This document shows positions 10,204 through 20,828 of a DNA stretch of 64,000 nt, in pieces (the stretch's first letter is position 1; every line of letters starts with the position of its first letter). The notes under the pieces are model-generated. The model worked only from the letters and a program-made list of their open reading frames with translations, was not told the origin of the DNA and did no database searches. The DNA is from an uncultured Chloroflexia bacterium (GTDB lineage: Bacteria > Chloroflexota > Anaerolineae > CG2-30-64-16): the NCBI GenBank assembly GCA_963774265.1, contig CAVZDU010000009.1, forward strand, positions 75,144-139,143. The letters are read 5' to 3'. Position numbers and translations under genes: made by a program.

Positions 10204-10266
10204 TTTACAACCCACGGGTTTTGTGATAGACTGGGTCATCTAATCGATTGGACAATCGATTAGATG
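10204..10266 (+). promoter_or_regulatory. Promoter and LacI-type operator palindrome
   Basis: TTTACA-17-TAGACT; CATCTAATCGATTG-GA-CAATCGATTAGATG at 10237-10266. Confidence 0.7.
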
Positions 10267-10302
10267 GGGTCGAACCCCTTTTTCAAGAAAGCGACGAGCG
10301 CC

Positions 10303-11322
10303 GTGCCCACCATCAAAGATGTTGCGAAACAAGCTGGCGTATCCCCGACGACGGTCTCCTACGTGCTGACCGGCAGCCGCTTTGTCAGCCCCGGCACCAA
10401 GGCGCGCATCCTCGGCGTCATCGCTGAACTCAATTACCAGCCCGACCAGATCGCGCGCAGCCTGCGCGCGAAGCGCACGATGACCGTCGGCATGATCGTC
10501 TCCGATATCACGAACTCGTTCTATGCCGACATAGTGCGCGGCGTAGAGGATATGCTGCGCGACCGCCATTACAGCCTGATTCTGTGCAACAGCGACGAAG
10601 CGCCGGAGCGCGAGCTAGCCACGCTGCAACTGCTCAGCCGCAAGAAGATCGACGGGCTGATCCTTGTCGCCACCGGCTCGAATGTCGACGCGTTGCGCGC
10701 GGCCAGCTTGTCCGGGCTGCCGATTGTCCTGGTCGACCGCCGGTTGCCCGGTGACTGGCTCGACACCGTCCTGGTCGACGACCGTCAGGGCGCCGAGATC
10801 GCCGTGCGGCACCTGCTGCAGCGAGGGCACCGCCGCATAGGCGCGATCATCGGCCGGCCGGGCATCAGCACGACCGATTCGCGCCGGCTCGGCTACGAAG
10901 CGGCCTTGCACGAGTTCGGCGTAGCCTATGACCCGGCCCTGGTTCAGAGCGGCCAATCCACGGCACGGGGTGGTGCAGCGGCGGCAAAAGCGCTGCTCGC
11001 CCTCCTCCCGCGGCCCAGTGCCATCTTCGCCTCTAACAACCTGATGACGGTCGGGCTGTTCCTGACGATCAAGGAACACGGCCTGCGCTGCCCGCAAGAT
11101 CTCGCCGTCATCGGTTTCGACGACGCGGACTGGCTGTCGGCTTTCACGCCCAGCGTAACCACCCTTGCCCAGCCGAGCTACGAGCTGGGCGAGAGGGCTG
11201 CCGGATTGCTGCTGGACCGGATGACCGGCCAGCCGCCCGCAAGCCCACGCGTGATCGTATTGCCCGCCACTCTGATCGAACGCGAGTCGTGCGGCTGCCA
11301 GATCATGCGCCACACCGAATAA
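10303..11322 (+). CDS. LacI-family transcriptional regulator
   Basis: TIKDVAKQAGVSPTTVSYVL HTH; PQDLAVIGFDD. Confidence 0.95.
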   Translation: MPTIKDVAKQAGVSPTTVSYVLTGSRFVSPGTKARILGVIAELNYQPDQIARSLRAKRTMTVGMIVSDITNSFYADIVRGVEDMLRDRHYSLILCNSDEAPERELATLQLLSRKKIDGLILVATGSNVDALRAASLSGLPIVLVDRRLPGDWLDTVLVDDRQGAEIAVRHLLQRGHRRIGAIIGRPGISTTDSRRLGYEAALHEFGVAYDPALVQSGQSTARGGAAAAKALLALLPRPSAIFASNNLMTVGLFLTIKEHGLRCPQDLAVIGFDDADWLSAFTPSVTTLAQPSYELGERAAGLLLDRMTGQPPASPRVIVLPATLIERESCGCQIMRHTE

Positions 11323-11448
11323 GTGGGAACAACGCCGGCCATTGCCGCAGGGCGCAGCGCCCGGAAGGAGGTATTGCGACTGAAATTGAAAATCGACCAC
11401 TCTCACGCGATGCCGTTTCCAATCCAAGCTTTAAAGAAGAGGAGAACC

Positions 11449-13514
11449 ATGAAAGCCAAACGTGTCCTTCAACTGTGCAGTATCGTGCTCGTGCTGGCGA
11501 TGGCGTTGACCGCGTGCGCGCCCGTCACGGCGCCGTCCGCGCCCGTCCCAGCTGCCACCCAGGCGCCGGCCGCCGTGCAAGCGCCCGCAGCCACCGCAGC
11601 GCCCGCCGCCGTGCAAGCGCCCGCAGCCACCGCAGCCCCGGCAGCCGCCGCGCCAGCCGCGACTGAAGCCCCGGCAGCCGCCGCCCCGGTCGCCCAAAAG
11701 AGCTACAAGATCGGTTTCCTGGCGGGTGTCCAAGACCCGTTCTACTTTACGATGCAGCGCGGCGCGCAACAGGCCGCGGCTGATCTGGGCGTGGAGCTGG
11801 TGGTGCAGATCCCCAAGAACTGGAATGTCACCGACCAGACGCCCATGCTCGATGCCATGGTCGCACGGGGCGACCTGGATTTCCTGTTCCTGGCCCCGGT
11901 TGACAAGGACGCCATGATCGCGCCGCTCAAGAAGGCCAACGACGCGGGCATGCCGATCCTCACCGTGGACACCTTCATCGGCGATGGCGACTATGTGAAC
12001 GGACCGGTCACCTTCCCGCTCTCCTTCATCGCATCTGATAACAAAGAAGGCGGCGTGATCGCCTGCACCGCGCTGGCGGAGTCGCTGGGTAAGAAGGGCT
12101 CGATCTACATCCAGAACGTCAAGCGCGGCATCAGCTCCACCGACGCCCGCGAAGACGGCTGCAAGGAAGCGCTCAAGAACTACCCGGATGTCAAGCTGGT
12201 GGCCGTCGACTACAACGACGATGACCCCTCCAAGGCGCAGGCGCAGGTCGAGGCCATGCTGCAGAAGACCCCCGACCTGGGCGGCATCTTCGGAACGAAC
12301 GTGTTCAGCGCCCAGGGTGCGGGCACGGTCGTCAAGAACAAGGGCCTCAGCGGCAAGGTGAAGGTCGTCGCCTTTGACGCGACCGCGGATGCGATCAGCA
12401 TGCTCAAGGGCAACACGGTTGACCTCGTCATCGCCCAAAAGCCTTCCGACATGGGTTATCTCGCGGTCGAGATGGCCGTCGCGTATCTTGACGGCGTGAC
12501 CAGCGTCCCGAAGCACATCCCGACGGGCTATGCGATCATCACGCGCGACAACATGAACGACCCCAACGTCTCCCAGTTCTTCTACACGGCCGACGTGCCT
12601 GCCGCGCAAGTCCAAGACCAAGGACTTCAAGCTCGGCTTCCTGGCGGGCGTCCAAGACCCGTTCTACTTCACGATGCAACGCGGCGCGGAACCGGCCTCA
12701 AGCCGTTTCGGCAATGAACTGGTGGTGCAAATCCCCAAGAACTGGAATGTCACCGACCAGACGCCCATGCTCGATGCCATGGTCGCACGCGGCGATCTGA
12801 AGCTCCTGTTCCTGGCCCCGGTTGACAAGGACGCCATGATCGCGCCGCTCAAGAAAGCCAACGATGCCGGCATGCCCATCATCACGGTGGACACCTTCAT
12901 CGGCGATGGCGACTATGTGAACGGACCGGTCACCTTCCCGCTCTCCTTCATCGCATCCGATAACAAAGAGGGCGGCGTGATCGCCTGCAGCGCGCTGGCG
13001 GAATCGCTGGGCAAGAAGGGCTCGATCTACATCCAGAACGTCAAGCGCGGCATCAGCACCACCGACGCCCGCGAAGACGGCTGCAAGGAAGCGCTCAAGA
13101 ACTACCCGGATGTCACAGCTGGTGGCCGTCGACTACAACGACGATGACCCCTCCAAGGCGCAGGCGCAGGTCGAGGCCATGCTCCAGAAGACCCCCGACC
13201 TGGGCGGCATCTTCGGAACGAACGTGTTCAGCGCCCAGGGCGCGGGCACGGTCGTCAAGAACAAGGGCCTCAGCGGCAAGGTGAAGGTCGTCGCCTTTGA
13301 CGCGACCGCGGACGCCATCGACATGCTCAAGGGCGGCACCGTCGACCTCGTCATCGCCCAAAAGCCGGGCGATATGGGCTACATGGCTGTCGAGATGGCC
13401 ATGGCATATCTGAACGGCGTGACGAGCTACCCGCGGCACATCCCGACGGGCTATGCGATCATCACGCGCGACAACATGAACGACCCCAACATCTCCAAGT
13501 TCTTCTACCAGTAA
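11449..13514 (+). CDS. Sugar ABC substrate-binding lipoprotein with two tandem RbsB-like domains (frameshifts near 12608 and 13115)
   Basis: Lipobox LTAC, Ala/Pro linker, two near-identical domains starting GFLAGVQDPFYFTMQRGA. Confidence 0.8.
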
Positions 13515-13522
13515 CGGAACGG

Positions 13523-13553
13523 TTGGGCCAGGGAGGCGATCTCCCTGGCCCAA
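13523..13553 (+). other. Intergenic stem-loop after the SBP gene (likely mRNA stabiliser)
   Basis: TTGGGCCAGGGAG-GCGAT-CTCCCTGGCCCAA. Confidence 0.6.
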
Positions 13554-13684
13554 CGGATGGCACGTGGGTCACGCACCACCTGCATGATTTGCGATTCTCG
13601 CACGCTCAACCTAAAATTTATTATCTGGCCGTTCGCAGCATTTCTGAAGTCTAGTCATCCATCACGTGACAGGGAGGTCCACCC

Positions 13685-14800
13685 ATGGCGGTAGCATCGA
13701 ACAAAGACGCTCAGCAGACCGCCCGCAAGTCCAGCCGAACCCGGGCCGAGAACCTGGAGCGAATCCGTATGGCCTGGCCCTGGGTATTCCTCATTCTGCT
13801 GGTGTTGGCGTTCACCATTACATCCAAACAGCTCAACAATGTAAACTTCCTCAGCCCCCGGGCCATCCAGGGCATCCTGGTCTACACAACACAAATCCTG
13901 CTCATCGGCCTGGCCGAAACATTCATCATCATCACCGCCGGGATTGACCTGTCGGTCGGGTGGACGCTGGGCTTTGCCTCGGTGGTTGCCGCCATGGTGA
14001 TGAAGGCGCTCAATCAAACCGCAGCGCCGCCCGTTGTGGTGATCGGCGCCGGCGCTCTGGCCGGCATTCTCATCACCGTCATACCCGGTCTGGTCAGCGG
14101 CGTCCTGATCGCCCGCCTCAAGGTGCCGTCCTTCATTACCACGCTGGGCGTGGGCATCCTGGTGGAAGGCGCGGCGCTCTTGCTGAGCAAAGGCTATCCC
14201 ATCGCAAATCAGCCGGACTACCTGGGCCAATTGGGGAATGGCTCGATCATCAACTGGAACCCGGGAAAGTGGTTCACCTTCTTCAACGTCCCGTCCACGG
14301 CCGTCCAGGCCGATTTGCAGAAAAACATCCCGCTGATCCCCAATATCGTCTTCGTCACCATTATCGTCACGGCGGTGTGTTGGTTCATCCTTGCCAAGAC
14401 GCAGTTTGGCCAGCATCTGTACGCCATCGGCGGCAACTTCGAGGCGGCCATGCGCGCCGGCATCCCGGTTCGGCGTACGCTGATCAAGGTCTACATTCTT
14501 GCGTCGGTGTTGGCCGGCATCGCCGGCGTGGTGTGGGCCGCCCGCTTCACCAGCGGCGCGTACAACGGTGGCGAGACGACGCCGATGACCGCCATCGCTG
14601 CAACCGTGATCGGTGGGGCCAGCCTGTTCGGCGGCGAGGGCCGGGTGATCGGCACGATTGTCGGCGCGCTCATTATCGCCACGATTCAATACGGGCTGGT
14701 GGTGCTGGGTGTCCTGCCCTTCTGGCAGTATATCGCGGTAGGCATTGTCTTGATCATCGCCGTCGTGGTGGAGCAGTTCGGCCGCGGCTTGGGCAAATGA
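13685..14800 (+). CDS. Sugar ABC transporter permease (RbsC-like)
   Basis: IITAGIDLSVG, YAIGGNFEAA, IAATVIGGASLFGG. Confidence 0.9.
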   Translation: MAVASNKDAQQTARKSSRTRAENLERIRMAWPWVFLILLVLAFTITSKQLNNVNFLSPRAIQGILVYTTQILLIGLAETFIIITAGIDLSVGWTLGFASVVAAMVMKALNQTAAPPVVVIGAGALAGILITVIPGLVSGVLIARLKVPSFITTLGVGILVEGAALLLSKGYPIANQPDYLGQLGNGSIINWNPGKWFTFFNVPSTAVQADLQKNIPLIPNIVFVTIIVTAVCWFILAKTQFGQHLYAIGGNFEAAMRAGIPVRRTLIKVYILASVLAGIAGVVWAARFTSGAYNGGETTPMTAIAATVIGGASLFGGEGRVIGTIVGALIIATIQYGLVVLGVLPFWQYIAVGIVLIIAVVVEQFGRGLGK

Positions 14801-14813
14801 GGGAGGGATCAGC

Positions 14814-15614
14814 GTGACGACACTTTTGCAGGCAGTCAACCTCACCAAGCGCTTTGGCGGCCTGACCGCCGTGGATCAGGTGAGCCTCGATGTCAACACC
14901 GGCGAAGTGATCGGGCTGGTGGGCGACAACGGCGCGGGCAAATCCACACTGATCAAGATGATCGCCGGCGTCTATCAACCCGACGACGGCGAGATCTTCT
15001 TCGACGGCAAGAAGGTGGAATTTGGCAGCCCGCGTGCGGCGCGCGACCTGGGCATCGAGACGATTTACCAGGACCTGGCGCTGGCCGAAAATCTGGACGT
15101 CGGCTCGAACATTTTCCTGGGTCGCGAGATCAAACGGCCCTACCTGGGCGGTCTGGTCCACACGCTCGACAGACCCAAGATGCGCACCGAGTCGGCGGGC
15201 ATCCTGGACCGGCTGGACATTCGCATCCCCTCCCTCACCCAGCAGATTCGCAACCTGTCCGGCGGCCAGCGGCAGGCCGTCGCCATTGCGCGCACGATCT
15301 ACTGGAACGCCAAGCTCGTCATCATGGACGAACCGACCGCGGCGCTGGGCGTGGCCGAGCAGCGCAAAGTGCTGACGTTGGTGCGGACACTTTGCGAGCA
15401 GGGTGTGCCGGTGGTCATCATCAGCCACAACATGCAAGACGTCTTCGCCGTTTCGGATCGCATCATCGTCATGCGGCGCGGCAAAAAGGTGGGCGAGTTA
15501 ATCGCCAAGAAGACCACGCCGGACGAAGTGGTGAGCCTCATGGTCGGCGCCGAGGCCGTCCACGAGATGGGCGTCATCCCGCAAGGATTGGAGAACGAAG
15601 CGCTTTCGGCCTGA
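14814..15614 (+). CDS. Sugar ABC transporter ATP-binding protein (single NBD)
   Basis: GDNGAGKST, LSGGQRQ, IMDEPT. Confidence 0.92.
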   Translation: MTTLLQAVNLTKRFGGLTAVDQVSLDVNTGEVIGLVGDNGAGKSTLIKMIAGVYQPDDGEIFFDGKKVEFGSPRAARDLGIETIYQDLALAENLDVGSNIFLGREIKRPYLGGLVHTLDRPKMRTESAGILDRLDIRIPSLTQQIRNLSGGQRQAVAIARTIYWNAKLVIMDEPTAALGVAEQRKVLTLVRTLCEQGVPVVIISHNMQDVFAVSDRIIVMRRGKKVGELIAKKTTPDEVVSLMVGAEAVHEMGVIPQGLENEALSA

Positions 15615-15652
15615 CAACCAGAATTAACTTGGTCCTATGGATTAAAACGTTC

Positions 15653-15681
15653 TTGACAACTGCCACGGGGCATCCTACAAT
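15653..15681 (+). promoter_or_regulatory. Sigma70-type promoter
   Basis: TTGACA-17-TACAAT about 325 bp upstream of the next SBP gene. Confidence 0.6.
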
Positions 15682-16006
15682 AGCACTCGTGGCAATTTCG
15701 CCGCACGGTCGTCGGCGTCTGACGGCTAGAACACTTGTGGCGGCTCCGGCAGTCGCCCTCACGTCGCCGTCACCTCCGATCCCCGTGCACAGCCTCCTAT
15801 CTCGATATTGCGTCGATGCTATCATCACCGCGGCCACTGCCCGCCGACTGGTCCGCGCAAACCGATCGACGCAGACACCGATGTTGATGGAAAGGGGGTG
15901 GTCACGCCGGAACGCGCTCTGGTCTCCTGGGTTCACGCAGGGTACATGAGGTCTCCATCAAGGCGAAGCGGAGGCCGACAGCGTCTATGTCAAGGAGGAC
16001 TCTCTA

Positions 16007-17791
16007 ATGAAGCGCATCGCCGCATCCATCAGTCTCATCGTCATCCTCAGCATGCTCCTCACTTCCTGCGCCACACCTACCCCGCAGGTCGTCGAGAAGG
16101 TCGTCGAGAAGGTCGTCACCCAGGTGGTGGAGAAGGAAGTCAAGGTCGTCGAGACCCAGGTGGTGACCCAGGAGAAGATCGTCGAGAAGCAGGTGGAGGT
16201 AACGCCTACGCCTGCACCGACCGCAGCTCCGCAGGTATTCAATGGCTGGCCCGCGATTGATGAGGCCGAGGCCAAGACCGCCCAAGCCGCCTGGGATGCC
16301 GTCGATAAGGGCAAGCCCGACCCGGCCTGGAAGGGCAAAAAGTTCACCATCGGTGTTTACTCGGCCGGCCAACGCGGCGCTATCTCCGGACCCACCTACT
16401 TCTTCCGCCAGAAGTTCGAAGAACTAACCGGCGCGACCTACGACATCGTAGAGATTCCCTTCGCCGAAATGCGCGAGAAGATCTTCACCGACTTCCAGAC
16501 CGGCGCGCACAAGTACGACATGATCATCAACTGCTCGAACTACTACGGCGACTACATCGCCAACGATTTCGTCCAGTCCATCGACCCATTCTTGACCGAC
16601 CCCCGTATGCCCAAGCAAGATTTGGAGTCCATCGGTCCTGCCGTGCGAAACCTGTATCAATGGAATGGCAAGTACTACGGCACCAGTTACGATCACGACG
16701 CCATGATCCTGTACTGGCGCAAGGACATCTTGGACGATCCCAAGTGGCAGGCCGAGTACAAGAAGGAAACGGGCAAGGATATGCCCGTAGCTATGGACAC
16801 CTGGGAGGACCTGATCTCCATCGCCCAGTTCTTCAACGGCAAGGACTGGAACGGCGATGGCGACCCGGATGATGGCATCACGCTGCACCTGAAGGTCGGC
16901 GGTCAGGGCTACTTCCACTATATGGCGTTCGCCGCACCCTACGTAGTACTTCCCGCGCCCGGCGACGATCCCACGAAAGTCACCAAGTACAACAACATCT
17001 TCTACTTCGATCCCGATACCATGGAAGTGCTGATCAACTCGCCCGGTCACGTCAAGGCACTGGAACAATTGATTGCACTGTCCAAGAACGGCCCCAGCGC
17101 CATGTGGGGCTGGAGCCTCGGCGAAGCCTGGGCGGACTTCCTCTCCGGCAACGCGATCATGACCTTCTCCTGGGGCGATGTCGGCGCACTCGCGCAGGAC
17201 CTGACCCAGTCAAAGGTCCAAGGTCTGATCGGAGCACGCGGTCTCCCCGGCACCAAGCAACCCTACGACAGAGAAACGAAGCAGTTCCTGAATCTGGACA
17301 AGGCCAACATGGTCGGCAACCAGGTGGGCTGCTCGTGGCATCCGGTCCTCAGCAAGTTCGCCAAGGACCCAGATTTGACCTACTACTGGATGGCACTCAT
17401 GGGTGCGCAGCCGATCAACCACTGGATGGTCGAATACGGCTGGACGGGCGTGAACCCGGGCACCAGCTATGACTGGCTCCAGCCCACCGGCAAAGCGACC
17501 ATCGAAGATTACACCCAGGCAGGCTGGAACGCGGTGGACGCCAAGTCCTACGTCGACGCGTACACCGACGATTTCTTCAACTATCCGATCTTCCAGACCT
17601 ACATCCGCATCCCCGGCACCACCGAGATGATGACCTCCTGGGATATCCACCTCTCCGAGGCGATCACCGGTCAGATCACGCCGCAGGAAGCGTTGGATCG
17701 CACCAAGGCAGACTGGGAGGCGATCATCGACGAGCAGGGCAAAGATAATCTACTGAAGCTGTACCAGGATTCGATCGGCTACAAGCCGTAA
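16007..17791 (+). CDS. Carbohydrate ABC (CUT1) extracellular solute-binding lipoprotein
   Basis: Lipobox LTSC, VVEK-repeat linker, family-1 SBP features. Confidence 0.85.
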   Translation: MKRIAASISLIVILSMLLTSCATPTPQVVEKVVEKVVTQVVEKEVKVVETQVVTQEKIVEKQVEVTPTPAPTAAPQVFNGWPAIDEAEAKTAQAAWDAVDKGKPDPAWKGKKFTIGVYSAGQRGAISGPTYFFRQKFEELTGATYDIVEIPFAEMREKIFTDFQTGAHKYDMIINCSNYYGDYIANDFVQSIDPFLTDPRMPKQDLESIGPAVRNLYQWNGKYYGTSYDHDAMILYWRKDILDDPKWQAEYKKETGKDMPVAMDTWEDLISIAQFFNGKDWNGDGDPDDGITLHLKVGGQGYFHYMAFAAPYVVLPAPGDDPTKVTKYNNIFYFDPDTMEVLINSPGHVKALEQLIALSKNGPSAMWGWSLGEAWADFLSGNAIMTFSWGDVGALAQDLTQSKVQGLIGARGLPGTKQPYDRETKQFLNLDKANMVGNQVGCSWHPVLSKFAKDPDLTYYWMALMGAQPINHWMVEYGWTGVNPGTSYDWLQPTGKATIEDYTQAGWNAVDAKSYVDAYTDDFFNYPIFQTYIRIPGTTEMMTSWDIHLSEAITGQITPQEALDRTKADWEAIIDEQGKDNLLKLYQDSIGYKP

Positions 17792-17810
17792 CTCTCGCTC
17801 GTCTGTCCCT

Positions 17811-17852
17811 GCGGTAACGACTTCAGCCATGAAGGACTGAAGTCGTTACCGC
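17811..17852. repeat. REP-like hairpin between SBP and permease genes
   Basis: GCGGTAACGACTTCAG-N10-CTGAAGTCGTTACCGC, 16-bp perfect stem. Confidence 0.7.
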
Positions 17853-17882
17853 GCACCAGGTGCGATGTCCGCGAGGTGAGTC

Positions 17883-18749
17883 ATGCTCCAGCGAAACCGT
17901 ATCAGATATCTCTTCGTGCTGCCGGGCATCATCTGGGTCCTGATGCTTTACCGTGTTTCCGCTGCTCTATTCGCTGCGACTCAGCTTCATGCAGGCGAAG
18001 ATGGGCACACCCTCGCGCTTCATCGGCCTGAACAACTACATTCGCGCGTTCAAGGATTATCGCGTGCTGGATTCAGCCCAGGTGACCCTGTTCTTTGTGG
18101 TCTGCCAGTGTCCTCCTGACCGTGCTGACCGGATTGGGGCTCGCGCTCCTCTTCCATCGGTCGATCCGAGGGCAGAAGGCCTTTCGTGCTCTCTTCACCA
18201 TGCCCATGTTCACTGCGCCGATCGCGCTCGGGTTACCTGGGGCTGACGATTTTCCATGAGCAAGTAGGCGCCATCAACACGATCTTGCGCGCGCTGGGCG
18301 TCGAGCACCTTCCCGCATGGTTCTCCGCAGTGTGGCCGGCTCGCATCGCGATCGTGCTGGTCGACATGTGGCAGTGGACACCATTCTGCTTCCTCGTGCT
18401 GCTCGCTGGACTTCAGGCGCTGCCCGACGAGATCTACGAAGCGGCAGTCCTCGACACATCTTCGTCTTGGGATACATTCCGCTGGGTGACGCTTCCGCTG
18501 CTCAGCCCGGTGCTTTTCACTGTGACAATCCTGCGCCTTGTCGAAGCGTTCAAGGTGCTTGATATACCTTTCAGCATGACCAGCGGCGGTCCAGGCGCCG
18601 CGACGCAAACCTACTCGTTTTATGTCTATCTAACGGGCTTGCGTAATTTCAACCAGGGTTACGCCTCCGCGCTGGCTTATTTGTTGCTGATCGTCATGAT
18701 GATCATCGCGACGTTCTTCTTCAGCCGCATGCGGGCCAACTACGAATAA
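17883..18749 (+). CDS. CUT1 sugar ABC permease (frameshifted)
   Basis: DMWQWTPF...LAGLQALPDEIYEAAVLD EAA motif. Confidence 0.85.
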
Positions 18750-18759
18750 GGAGGGTCCT

Positions 18760-19617
18760 GTGTATCAGCGCAAAAACTCACCTATCGTCAACGCCTTGCT
18801 GTGGCTGGTGATCCTGGTCGCAACAGTTTGGTGCGTATTCCCCTTCTATTGGGCCTTGGTGACGTCGTTCAAGCCGCGCGAGGTCATCCTGACCCGCCCA
18901 GCGATCATCCCTTGGCTTGACTTCAAGCCGACCTTGTTCAACTGGGCCAACGAATTCGGCACTCGCTGGCCGGAGATCAGCACGGCGCGTTGGCCAACAG
19001 CCTGATCATCGCAATCGGCGCGTCAATCATTGCGGTCGGCCTCGGCACCATGGCCGGGTATGGGCTGGCCCGCTTCAAGTACCGGCGCTGGAACAACCGC
19101 AACCTGACCGTCTGGTTCCTTTCTCAGCGGTTCCTGCCGCCCGTGGTCACCGTGATTCCATTCTTCCTGTTGATCCAGGTTCTCGATCTGACCGATACAC
19201 ACCTGGCCTTGATCCTGGCAAACGCGACGTTCACCATGCCCTTCGCGGTGCTGAACGCTGCGGGACGTGTTCAAGGATCTGCCCATCGAGTTGGAGGAGT
19301 CGGCCTGGGTCGATGGCGCTTCGCCGTGGCAGGCGTTCTGGATGATCGCTCTGCCGTTGGCCGCGCCTGCGGTTGCTGCGGCCGCCGTCATCTGCTTTGC
19401 GTTCGCCTGGAACGAGTTCCTGTTCGGTCTGATCTTGAGCTATCAGAACGCACAACCGATTACCGTCATTATCGCCGGGATGGAGCACACCCAAGGCATC
19501 CAGTTCCACCAGGTAGCCACCCGCCTGTTGCTGGCCATCCTCCCGCCTGCGCTGCTGGCCCTGACCGCACAACGCTACATCGTGCGCGGCCTGACCTTCG
19601 GCGCAGTCAAAGGCTAA
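18760..19617 (+). CDS. CUT1 sugar ABC permease (frameshifted)
   Basis: NSLIIA, LPIELEESAWVDGA, FAWNEFLF. Confidence 0.85.
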
Positions 19618-19641
19618 ATGTAGGCGGTCAGAGGTTACGCT

Positions 19642-20763
19642 GTGACAAGAGACCTGACGGCAGTGGTCGCAGGACACATCTGCCTGGACATCATTCCGCA
19701 GATCACCGGGATCACCCCGGAGCAGTTTCGCCAGAATTTCCAGCCGGGCCGGCTGATGGTCGTTGGTCCGGCGGTCTTCGCAACCGGCGGCGCCGTGTCG
19801 AACACCGGGCTGGCCCTGGCTCGGCTGGGCATCGACGTCCGCCTGATGGGTAAGGTCGGCGACGATTTCATCGGCGAGATGATCCGCCAGATCGTCGACA
19901 ACCGCAGCCCCGGGTCCGCGGCCGGCATGATCGTCGACCCCGCGGTCCACTCCTCCTACACGGTCGTGATCAGCCCGCCCGGCATCGACCGCCTTTTTCT
20001 CCATGACCCGGGCGCAAACGACACGTTCACCGCTGACGACGTGCGCTACGGCGTGGTCGAGGCCGCCAGCCTGTTCCACTTCGGCTACCCGCCCCTCATG
20101 GCGCGCATGTTTTTGGACGATGGGATCGAGCTATCTGAGCTGGTTCGGCGTGCCAGGGCCACGGGCGTCACGACTTCACTCGACACCGCCGCGCCCGACC
20201 CGGCGGCCCCCGCGGGCCGTGCGAACTGGCCGCTGATCCTGCGCCGCGCCCTGCCGTATGTCGATGCCTTCCTGCCCAGCGTCGAAGAATTGGTCTACAT
20301 GCTGCACCGGCCTGAATACGACCGGCTGCAGGCCGAGACGGGCGGCGAACTGCTCGATGCGGTGACGCCGGAGATGCTCCATGACCTGAGCGACGAGCTG
20401 CTGGCCCTGGGGCCAAAGGTGGTGGGCATCAAGCTCGGGCATCGCGGGTTCTACCTGCGCACCGCAGGCCGGGCCGCGCTGGCGGACATGGGCCGCGCCC
20501 GGCCGACAGCCCTCGACGCCTGGGCGGATCACGAATCGTGGGCGCCGTGCTTCCGGGTGGACGTCGTGGGCACCGCCGGCTCAGGCGATAGCGCGATCGC
20601 CGGGTTCCTGGCCGCGCTGCTGCGCGATCTCCCGCCGGACGAGGCGGTCACCATGGCCGTGGCGGTCGGCGCGTGCAATGTGGAGGCCGCGGACACCCTG
20701 AGCGGCGTGCGCACGTGGGATGAGACCCGCGCCCGCATCGCCGCCGGCTGGCCGCGGCGGTAG
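19642..20763 (+). CDS. PfkB-family carbohydrate kinase
   Basis: GGAVSNTG...GKVGDD; VGTAGSGDSAIAGFL. Confidence 0.9.
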   Translation: MTRDLTAVVAGHICLDIIPQITGITPEQFRQNFQPGRLMVVGPAVFATGGAVSNTGLALARLGIDVRLMGKVGDDFIGEMIRQIVDNRSPGSAAGMIVDPAVHSSYTVVISPPGIDRLFLHDPGANDTFTADDVRYGVVEAASLFHFGYPPLMARMFLDDGIELSELVRRARATGVTTSLDTAAPDPAAPAGRANWPLILRRALPYVDAFLPSVEELVYMLHRPEYDRLQAETGGELLDAVTPEMLHDLSDELLALGPKVVGIKLGHRGFYLRTAGRAALADMGRARPTALDAWADHESWAPCFRVDVVGTAGSGDSAIAGFLAALLRDLPPDEAVTMAVAVGACNVEAADTLSGVRTWDETRARIAAGWPRR

Positions 20764-20828
20764 GCCCAAGATCGACCGCAAAGCGCCTGGGATTTCAATC
20801 CCGGGCCTCCCACCGTTATAATCCACGC

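Noticed and set aside
11560-11690. 36-bp tandem repeats resembling an array
   Set aside because: Coding Ala/Pro linker of a lipoprotein; no unique spacers, so not CRISPR.
15682-16000. Long leader upstream of the CUT1 SBP gene as a riboswitch
   Set aside because: No recognisable aptamer consensus or terminator could be identified by eye.
16087-16200. GTCGTCGAGAAG repeats
   Set aside because: They encode the VVEK low-complexity linker common in such lipoproteins.
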